Positions 24,061 through 35,000 of a stretch of 64,000 bases of DNA are shown here, piece after piece (positions within the stretch are counted from its first letter, which is position 1; every line of letters begins with the position of its first letter). The notes below the pieces were generated by a model. That model was not told the DNA's origin. It ran no database searches and worked only from the letters and a program-made list of their open reading frames with translations. Location of the stretch: contig NW_004798253.1 of NCBI RefSeq assembly GCF_000002075.1, positions 57,805 to 121,804 of the forward strand, given 5' to 3'. This DNA comes from Aplysia californica. Its lineage: Eukaryota. The translations under genes and the position numbers were made by a program.

Positions 24061-26040
24061 CTGGTTTCGTTGTAATGTTCACTTACTACTTCCTTGACTT
24101 CTTGTCTTTGTCCAGCGAAATCCACTTTAACTTTTGAACTTAGGAAAAAATTTTAAACAACATTTATAAATTCTGCCAGCAGTTTTGTAGCCTATCTTTA
24201 GATTTAGAAGTCTAGCCTAGATTTCTAGATCTAGATCTAGAAATAGATTTACTTCCCTACACCACACTACTAGATCTAGATATCTAGATCTAGATCTAGA
24301 TCTACAGTCTACACGTCAGCTGCTTCACTTCACTATCCTATCAGTATCAATCAGTCTACATCCAGAGTCGAAGGAGGTTGTGTTGAATGATGGATACCGA
24401 TGGATAGATAATAAGTCTGTCAGTCAACTCACGAACTGTTGATTACATCACTTTTATACTTTATACCCAAGAAAGAATATACGATGACAACATACATGTA
24501 GGGTAGGGCCTTTGTTTACAATGTTCAGTCTCTAAGTTCAGCTTGGCCGGTACGATTGCTGAACTTTGACCCAGTCTTGAACCACCGGTCCGTACAAAAA
24601 TTATGTGAGCAAGAACATCTTGGCACTTTTGTGATTGCTGGCAGGAGGAAGTTAGGATAACAAGAACATCTTCTTCAGGAATAAATAACCGATAATGCGT
24701 ACACACAACAACAATGGCGGGTCTTACGCTCGGAAGGGGTTTCAGTTTCACGTAAAGAAAGCACTTTGATTTCTGGATTTCAAAGCCCATAACCTGCAAT
24801 CTTAAACTATTTCTTACCTTATCAGTGCTTGTCCTACAGAAAATGAAAATCGTGAAACCGGGCTGGGTTAACCATGATGGTGAGTTGAGCGCCCTTCAGT
24901 TCAGACAGTTCAGTAGTCAACTCGGGGCGGGCAATACTGCAGAGTCTAGGAAAACGGGGCTCCGGGTTTATGTAGCCCGATAAGCCTATTTTGGCACCTC
25001 GCCTACGTTCTGGTCCCGAATCAGTGTAGCTCCTGGCTTAGCGCACGCGCANNNNNNNNNNNNNNNNNNNNNNNNNNNNNNNNNNNNNNNNNNNNNNNNN
25101 NNNNNNNNNNNNNNNNNNNNNNNNNNNNNNNNNNNNNNNNNNNNNNNNNNNCCTAGATTTCTAGATCTAGATCTAGAAATAGATTTACTTCCCTACACCA
25201 AATTACTAGATCTACACGTCAGCTGCTTCACTTCACTATCCTATCAACTATCAGTATCAATCAGTATCAGTCAGTACATCCAGAGTCGAAGGAGGTTGTG
25301 TTGAATGATGGATACCGATAGATAGATAATAAGTCTGTCAGTCAACTCACGAACTGTTGATTACATCACTTTTATACTTTATACTCAAGAAAGAATATAC
25401 GATGACAACATACATGTAGGGTAGGGCCTTTGTTTACAATGTTCAGTCTCTAAGTTCAGCTTGGCCGGTACGATTGCTGAACTTTGACCCAGTCTTGAAC
25501 CACCGGTCCGTACAAAAATTATGTGAGCAAGAACATCTTGGCACTTTTGTGATTGCTGGCAGGAGGAAATTAGGATAACAAGAACATCTTCTTCAGGAAT
25601 AAATAACCGATAATGCGTACACACAACAACAATGGCGGGTCTTACGCTCGGAAGGGGTTTCAGTTTCACGTAAAGAAAGCACTTTGATTTCTGGATTTCA
25701 AAGCCCATAACCTGCAATCTTAAACTATTTCTTACCTTATCAGTGCTTGTCCTACAGAAAATGAAAATCGTGAAACCGGGCTGGGTTAACCATGATGGTG
25801 AGTTGAGCGCCCTTCAGTTCAGACAGTTCAGTAGTCAACTCGGGGCGGGCAATACTGCAGAGGAAAACGGGGCTCCCCTTTTCAGGCCAACTTAAGAGGT
25901 TCCTTCACCCTTTGGTTTCTATTTTAAGGTGTATTTAAACCCTAGTTTTAGAAACTTAATGGGTAAAAGTGAATATCTCATAATTTTATAGATCTAGATA
26001 TCTAGATCTAGATTAGTAAGATTTTTGGAAGTGCCTATTT
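24061..26040. promoter_or_regulatory. Probable HIRA promoter / shared ABHD6-HIRA divergent promoter region
   Basis: Divergent gene arrangement, HIRA start codon(s), locally CpG-richer sequence, GC box ggggcggg just after exon 1, and clusters of TAGATC repeats. TSSs are not determinable from sequence. Confidence 0.45.
24843..24879 (+). CDS. HIRA: Second copy of HIRA coding exon 1 (MKIVKPGWVNHD-G), probably a haplotype/assembly duplicate
   Basis: Identical to 25761-25797 and followed by gtgagt. It lies inside a near-identical block (~24216-24963 vs ~25151-25875) that flanks the N gap at 25052-25150. Confidence 0.6.
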
Positions 26041-29000
26041 GCAACGGAAGTGGCTATTCTCATCCGGGGTGAGAATAGAAAAACGATCTACCTCTCACCT
26101 GCTTTTCCTCATTTTGGAATACTGTCTATCAGTGTGGATGATCCAATTGATAAAAGCCAAGAAAAAATTACGTTATAGCACAAAAGTAAGCTAATTTAAA
26201 TTTGATCGTCTTCAAAGATGCTATGGCTGTTTCACTGTTCGAATCGAGCCGAACTACGCGGGTCGCCATTTTGTTTTGCCCGGAAGTTCTCGCAAGATCT
26301 ACTCCTCCCCTATCTCTCTCTCTCTGTCTCTTTCTGAATACTGTCTATCGGTGTGGACGATCAAATTGACCAAAACAAAGTTAAAAAATGATGTTAAAAC
26401 ACAAAAGTAAATTAATTTGGTTGTCTACAAAGATGCTACAGCTATTTAACTTTTCGAATCGAGCCGAACTACGCGGGTCGCCATTTTGTTTTGACCGGAA
26501 GTTCTCGCGCTACTCCTGTCTCTCTGTCTTTCTCTCTCTCCACTGCCCACAGACAAAATTGTACGCTTTTAGTAGGCTAGGCTACAGTTGTAATGGAACG
26601 TTTGTTCACGGCACAGAATTCTACAATGTTTCTGTTATCGCAGTGTAGAATTCTGTGGTTTAGGGTGAACGCAAAATTTGTTGGCCTAGATCTAGGCTAT
26701 AACGGTGAACGCGCACCGGGTGAGAATAGCCAAAAGACTCGCCTGCACTATTCTCATCCCGGGTGAGAATAGAGGTGGCCATTTGCAACGCCGCGTGCGT
26801 TGCGATTTTAGTGATTAGACATGCTGTTAACTAAACTTAGAAATGACGCATCTTTCTGATTGGCTGCTAATTTTAGTAATGTGATGTCATCACTTCCTGG
26901 GATACCCACATGGAACGACGTGTTTTCGGTAACATTTCGGATTTTCTACCATCGAAAGTCTGGAAAGACTGGAATGTGAACCCTGGGCTGGCTCTGAAGA
27001 ACAATGAATCAGTTTATTTTCCAAACCTGCCACTCATCTCTGCCCTAAATCTCAAGCTTCCCGATTTTGATTGCGTGTACCCTGGTTTTTTAAATTTTAT
27101 TTAATTTTTTTGTTCCGCCTGTTGAGCCGGATTTTTCTAAAATCTTACTCTGCCTACTTTTCTGTCATGGGAAGCACTCATTAAGCTTTTTGTCAGCAGA
27201 AACTCGGAGCACTATTTTCCGTAATGCCTATGTCGAATTTAGTAGTTGACTCACCAAAAGTTGTGTTGGATCTTTGCTCAAACGTGTTATTTCAACTATA
27301 ATGGAAGTAATATTGATTTGGCGTAGATTCGGCCAATTGCGTTGAGTTGTCTTTCTCTAGCTATCCAGTTGTATTCTCACCACCCCCCCCCCCCCCNNNN
27401 NNNNNNNNNNNNNNNNNNNNNNNNNNNNNNNNNNNNNNNNNNNNNNNNNNNNNNNNNNNNNNNNNNNNNNNNNNNNNNNNNNNNNNNNNNNNNNNNCTAC
27501 CAACTGAAAATATTAGGTGTGTCCCGCGCGCTCATATGACCTTATGCAGTTGCGAGCGCCGTAAAACACTTTGCAAAAACAAAAAAAAGAGCATGTTTGA
27601 TACCTAAGAATAATTGGGTTAAATACAACAATACTACGAGGCAGACTGATAATGGGAGCTAACAAGGGTATTGAATTGCTTATGATGTTGATGCAGTTAC
27701 ACGATATTTTAAGGAGAAAAAGAAAGCGACCTCCAACCCCCACCCCCTGGACATACAGACAGACTCTTCGTTCCAACATGTTAATTATTGTAGTGCTGGT
27801 GGAAGGTTATACACCTCATTCATATGCATTTGGTCAATATTTATGATGTGAATTGTTTCTGCTTTTCGAATGCTATTTTTTTTTCTTCGCACATAATAAA
27901 ATGCGATTTTTGTAATTTCTGTTCACAGTTGCTTTTGATGATATGGAAAAAAAAGTTTGTCTTGTATGTAGAGCTGTAGCTGAAAAATGCCAGTCTTTAT
28001 TTTTTTTTTAGGCTAACCAGTATAAAATATAACGTTCTGTTGCTTTTTTTGTTTCAGGTAAGCCTGTTTTCTCTGTGGACTTCCACCCTGATGGTTCAAG
28101 ATTCGTCACTGGTGGACAGGGTAAGTTAGTGTAGCTTAATTTAAGAGTTTTGATGGTAAAACACAGAACAAGAGTTGTTATTTCTTCTTTTTTGCGGGCG
28201 GGGACTGAAAATATTTAGTATTATCATTAGATTTTAATTTTTATAGGAATATAAGCCATAGATTGTAATGCCTTTCTTTTTATGTTACCTAAATTGTCTT
28301 CCAGTAGCAGATGGTCAGTGGGTGGTTGGCGGGTGTTCTGGTGTGGTTTGCTTCTTCTTTCTTGTCAAATATCTATCGTCCTTATCTCTCCTCCTTTTTT
28401 GTGTTTGTTACTCTCTTGTAACATCTTTAATATTCAGCACTTATATGTCCTTATTGTGTTGCAAGTGTCGTAAAACACTTACTAAAACTAAAAGCAGATG
28501 GTCATGTGATAAAATATTTGTCCAGGTGAAGACTATGGCAAGATTGTCATCTGGAACATGGCGCCTGTACGGGATGAGAGCCTGGAGAATACTCAAGGAG
28601 TCCCCAAGATCTTGTGCCAGATGAACAACCACTATGGTGAGTAGACTGGGACAGAGTGGTACGGGGTTCCTGCGGCCTCCTTGAATTCAAGTAGTCCTTG
28701 AAAACTCCTTGAATTTGCATTCAAAGGAAAAATCTCCTTGAATTTGAGGAACCTCCTTGAAACTCCTTGAATTTCGCCAGATCGGACATAAACAAAATTT
28801 TTGTCAGAAAATGGAAAAACTACGATTCCTTTCGGACAAGTGTAGGCCTATCGGAAATATGCTTTCGACATGAATTTCTTGACTAAATCTCCTTGAATTT
28901 TAACAATTTCTCCTTGAACCTCCTTGAATTTGGTGGAAAGTTCATGGCAGGAACCCTGGTGGTAAATATTCCCTGTACATGACTGTATGAAAATTCCCTC

Positions 29001-32000
29001 ATTACTCAAAGCAGTTCAGAAAATGTTATTTATGGTTTTATAAGGTTGCTATAAAGTACCCTCAGATTTCTATATTATATTTATGCACTATGTTTGTTTA
29101 CTTAAATTTTCTGTTTTATGTTGATTAGATAAATGTGTTACAATAACAATGCAGTTACGAATGTTTGTACAGTGTGATGTGAAGTTTGCAGAAATTTGTG
29201 AGGCCGTAATGTCTTTTAATTCTTTTTATCTTTTACCCTAGAAATCTTTTTCAGGTTGTATGGACTCATGTCTTTCCTTAATTCATTTTGTTTTATCTAA
29301 AAAATTCTAGTACCCTTGAACTTGGAACTTACAATCCCACCACTTGTAATTGAATAAGAAACAATTGAAACCATGGATTCATATGAATATATTTGGTTTT
29401 TCAATCAATAACAAATTTACATGGCAAAATCACGTAAACGACATAGTTAAAAAGGTAAATCAGAGGCTGCACTTTCTGAGGAAACTTAGATCTTTCAATC
29501 TGAATCCATCCACCTTTCAGATATTCTACACCACCACAATAGAAACTTTGATAAATTTTGGTATCACTTGCTATGGTAGTATTTTTGGAAGGCCGCACAT
29601 CATAAAAATAAACAAGTTGATGAGAGAGGCATCAAGAACAATTGGTAGAGACCTAAGTAACTTTGAGTATCTGCACAAAACAAACGTTCTAAAAAAGGCG
29701 GAAATAATCCTTAGTGACCTTTGCCACCCACTGACATCGGAATTTCAGTTATTCGACCTGCAGTAAACAATACGTTTCCAAAAAAGCAAGAACAGACAGA
29801 TATAGAAATTCATTCGTACCAATTGCAGTGAGGTTACACAGTGCTACAAATGAAACACAGAGAGAGAGAGAGAGAGAATGTTTTGAGGAGCGGGTTGTTC
29901 CAGCACGTGGGACATGTATATACTAATGTCCTGTCTTGTTGTGCGTATGTGTTAGCGCACCTAACCTTTGTAGCGTCTGCTGCCATTGTTAACGATCCAA
30001 AAAAATTCTCCTTGCGAGATGTATAAAGATTGTCATTGTCATTCTCAGCCTGCGTCAATTGTGTACGCTGGTCTCACAACGGTAAGTTTTTAGCATCCGG
30101 CGGAGATGATAAGTTGGTGATGATATGGCAGACGAGCCGTGCAGCGGGTCCCTCGAAAGCATTCGGGTCAACTGGCAGTGTGGTCATCCATGAGCAGTGG
30201 CGGCCAGTGCATACTCTCAGGGCTCATTCAGGGGGTAAGTGTAGGATTTTTTTTCTTCTGTTTATGTAATACTGTTGAGAGAGTGAGTCTTGGTGTTTTC
30301 GCCCCTCTCTTTCACTTTAAACTAACCTTTGCGCAAGTTAAACATGTGGGTGGTTGGCATTGGTGTGGTTTACTCCTTCTTTCCTATCAAACATCTATCG
30401 TCCTGATCTGTCCTTCTTTTTTGTGTATGTAAGTTGCTCGCTTGCTAATAGCTCTATTCTTCGGCACTTATATGACCTCAGTGTTACAAGTGCAGTAAAA
30501 CTCTTAATAAAACTTTAAAAAGTCAGACATATGCCTATCTCCTCTGCGGATACATTTAGTCATCATTGGACATTGACAGATGATCTATTATTATTAGTGT
30601 ATAGTACTGCCAAAAGTAACTTGTGGAATCATGCTGAATGCTATGACAGTGAGGTTCATGAAACCCAATGGGAAAATATATTGCGACCTCAGTGCTTTCT
30701 TGCCGTATCTCTATTTTTTTAGCAGTGAAAATGTGACTTCTTCTTAAGCTCACTCTTTGTTATGAACTGTTTTCTCTGTTATTAAAACTGGAGATACGAC
30801 AAGAAAGCAATGAGGTCGCTATATAGAGAGGGAGATGTAAGGTGATACTAAAAGAGAATGAAAAAGGAAGCGCACCATGGAATGTGCACATTAAGGCAAT
30901 GTTTTCAGGTGTTAACATGAAGGAAAAAATGGAAGGTCAAGCTGCTTTCTTGTACACTTGTCTGAAAGTTCTTACAGAAGATGAAAAGATGTAAGGAATG
31001 GAAATGTGTTGGCGTGATGAAGAGGGGGGGGGGATGAGGGGATAGGTAAAAGGTACTTTTGCTATTTGTTTGAGTGGCATTATCCTTCCTATTAACTACC
31101 CTAATTTTGTTATCAGCTGTACCATTTCAAAACAGCCCTGAGTCTTGAAGTTTGTCTTGCATTTCTACTATTTTTCTATAATATGAACTGTCTGTAGATC
31201 TGAAGTTAATTCACTGTTTGCCCTTTGTTTCCCGGTAGATGTACTGGACTTGAACTGGTCCCCACAAGACATATGGCTGGCCACTTGCAGTGTTGACAAC
31301 ACAATCATTATCTGGAATGCTCTCAAATTTCCTGGTAAGATTTCATGTACAATGCTGTTATGATTTTAGAGTTTTGAGTAAAAAATGTATTCATTCAAAC
31401 ACCTCTTTGAGTAAAATCATCAGTTTGCCAGCCTTGTATAGATTCATAGTATTCTTGTGCTTAAAATCATAGTAGGTGTGTTTTCTTCTTAAAAATAAAT
31501 TTAAATAACACTTATAAATCTTCATTCCTTGTTTTCTTTATATCAGTCTTGCAAACGAGTGAGTTGATCACAGACTTTGTCATGCCTTGTTATGTTTTTT
31601 ATAATTTTTATTGCCCATGTCTTGATGAGGCATGAAGGAGATGGTGGCGATGGATTGGACGTACTCTCAGGAAGTCAGGCAGCTGCATAACAAGGAAAGT
31701 GTTGGATTGTAAAGCTTGCTGCTTTTCATTTTGCTATATGTGTTGCGATGTGTGATCAGTACTTTTTGTAATTTTCGTTTTTGTTTTTCAGAACAAGTGG
31801 CCACTCTTCGGGGTCACAGTGGGATGGTCAAAGGTGTAACCTGGGACCCTGTGGGAAAATATCTTGCTACTCAGGTATGTTTACTGTTCTCTCTGTTTTG
31901 GAAGGGGGGGTTCTTTCATGCTTTGTCTTTGCACCGTAAATAGATGTCATCGCTGGTACTGATGAAGACATTTTGTTGTATATCTCAAATAAAACTTTTT

Positions 32001-35000
32001 CATGTCAATCTTTGCTTGTACTCTTTGTATTCTAGCCATAGAAATGGTGTCCAACGTCCAGTGATATTGACATTGTCACTGGCAATATTGAAAACATTTT
32101 ATTTTTTTTGTGTGTGTGTGTCTCAAATAGAAGAGTGAATCACCCTGTATCTTTGAAAGCTCAGTCTGTTGCTCTTAATTGTGTATTGTATTTTAATTTG
32201 TTTTGGTTTCCCTTTCACCCAGTGGGTGGCTGGCGGGTGCTCTGGTGTGGTATGCTTCTTTTTTCCTATCAAACATCTATTGTCTTTATCTCCCCTACTT
32301 TTGTTTTGTGTTTGTTACTCTCTTGTAACACCTCTAATCTTCGACACTTATATATGACCTTGTTGTGTTGAAAGTGCCATGAAACACTTACTAAAACTAC
32401 ACCTTTCGCCCACACAAGTCTGATGATCGCACTGTGCGGGTTTGGAGGACGATGGATTGGCAGCAAGAGTCAGTGATCACAGAACCATTCAAAGAGGTAC
32501 AAAATGTAGCTTTTACCGCAAAATTAAACATGTTATAACACAGTGGGATCGGATGCTTATTCATTTGGGGGGGGGGGGGGGGGGGATAAAAATTGTAGTT
32601 CCTGTTGCTATACTTGATGAAAGCTGTTTTGTATTCCATTTTGAAAGTAGAACTCAATATAAATTTTTTGTTGACTATAACTTTTTCCAAATGACGATGA
32701 TTTATCTTTTGTGATGTTTGTTTACAGTGATAACATTGGTGACTGGCAAAGTAAAAATATTTTTTGAGAAAAGTGTTATTTAATTATACTTTTTAAAATG
32801 ACGACATAGTTTTGCTGTTGAGACTTATTCACATGACACTGATCAGCATGTTTGGGAAATAGTTGATGGTAACAGGGCTGTCATTATGTGCTGTAGACTT
32901 ACTGCTGATGCTTCAGCTTCTGTGTAATGTGTTATTGAAATGATTCTGAGATACAATGCCCCCAGGGCAGTGCTACTGACTGAAGTGACTTTAAGCCATT
33001 CCCAAAGGGGGGGGGGGGGATATTAACATGTTCTTATGCACAGTTGAGTTGTAAATGGGCTGATTTATCAATGTCATGCTCATTCTGTGCCGGAACAACA
33101 TAGGGGGAACTGTTACTTTTTCTTTCCTCTTCCTTGCTTTCATCATTTTCCTCTACTTCTTTTGTATAGTTGTCACTCTCTTGTGAACTGATTTCCGGGA
33201 TGCCTTGATTGTCGAAGCAGACTTTGTGCTGTTGAGGCTAGAGGGATGAGCAGAGTAAGCCTGATTCCCCGTTTGGACTTCTCTGTTGACATCCGCCCCT
33301 TGGCGCTCGTATGACCTTATGCGGTTGCGAGCATCGTAAAACCTTACTAAGTGGGTGGTTGGCGGGTGCTCTGGTGTGGTTTGCTCCTTCTTTCCTATCA
33401 AACATGTATCATCCTGATCTCTCCTCCTTTTTTTAAATGTTTGTTACTCTCTTGTAACACCTCTAATCTTCGGCACTTATATCCTTATTGTGTGCAAGTG
33501 CCGTAAAACTCTTACTAAATCTAAACAAGCGATACAATGTTGCCGTTTCCCCAGTGTGGTGGGACGACTCACTCGCTGCGACTGAACTGGTCACCAGACG
33601 GTCATCACGTGGTATCTGCTCATGCCATGAACAACTCGGGCCCCACGGCTCAGATCATCGAGCGACAGGGCTTCAAGGCCACTCTGGACTTTGTTGGTCA
33701 CCGCAAGGCTGTCACTGTGGTGGTGAGTGCATTTGTTGGGACTGAGGCTCACTCAAACATTGTTTTACTACGTGTGCAGTTGTGCTTTAGATGTTGCCAA
33801 TGGAGGTTGCTTTTGATATTGCTTGTTCGAATTCTTCAGAGTTCCATGAGAGATTGTATAGTTCAAGATGTATCCTGTCTTGAAAAAGGAATATTCAGAC
33901 AATTAATATTAATGTGGTCTGGTTCTGATAACAATTTTTCTTTCCTTTCTCAAGAAGAGGTTATTTCCGAACCATCTTTGCTCTGTGTACAAGACCTGTC
34001 ACTCCCTATGAATATTATCAAACGCAAGATGATATAGATGTCTGTGCCAGCACTGTTTAAATCTTATTTTTTGTTTATTTATTTATTTTTTTGTATCTCA
34101 AAATGAAGTACTAAAAAAATAGTTGACATAGGAATTCCAACATTGCTCAGAACCTAATGAAACTGAAACTTCACTACTATTGACATATAAGTAAATAATA
34201 CCCCATGACTCTCTCAAAAAACATACTTAGGAAGCAAAAGTAGAATGCAAGAGAGGTAAGGGGAGACCTAATAAAAGGTGGTAAAAAGACATATATAAGA
34301 AACATGGCTGGAGCCAAAACAACTCAGGCAGGTAGAATGGCAAGAGACAGTGTTGTATTCCCGAAAGGTCTGAGAAACGACATCCAACTTCTAAGAAATC
34401 TATAAAAAAAAGAAGATCTCAAATAGAGGGGTAACACATCTTGAGGTGTGCAATCTTTGATTTCCTATTGTTATGATGAGCCTGTTTGGTACTGATTTTT
34501 TAAAATAAATTTCCAAAGTATGTCGGATTTGTTGTGCCATGAAATTGTGGTTTGCCTTTTTTCATTAATTTTACCAAATGTGATTGTCCCTTCAAATTTG
34601 TTAAATAGAGGGACCCACCACAATTTTCTGAACTTCTTTAACAAAGTTATTTCGTTTTCTTTTTCTTTTTCTTTTCTTGTTACCAGCGATTCAACCCAAA
34701 CATGTTCACAAAGTCATCAAAAGGAGATAAGGTTGGTTATCTTTGTTTATTTACTTTTTTTTCCACGTATGTACAAAAAAATTATACGTTTGATATATGT
34801 AATGCATTGTAGTGAAATCAGGCGCTCGTCAAAATAATTAAATCGGAAAAATCTGCATATTTCCGCCAGTTTAACCACTTTTATCGAATTTTTTTTTTGA
34901 CTCAACGCCTTTAAGGGTAGGTTGCAGTTAATATTTCTAACTTTGTTTTTAATACATTCCAGCATCATTCAGAGTTTTGGGGTTCAAAATATGACAAAAC

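Noticed and set aside
24660-24690. Hammerhead-like CTGAAGA core on the minus strand; CTGATGA at ~20560, ~39355, ~46383
   Set aside because: No correctly placed GAAA and no closing stems found by eye.
24461-24799. 112-aa minus-strand ORF, repeated at 25385-25717
   Set aside because: Non-ATG start, no recognisable domain; it appears twice only because the block is duplicated. Probably UTR or promoter sequence.
28268-28624. Recurrent ORF peptides such as WVVGGCSGVVCFFF and VGGWRVLWCGLL
   Set aside because: They are translations of non-coding family A copies, not a protein family.
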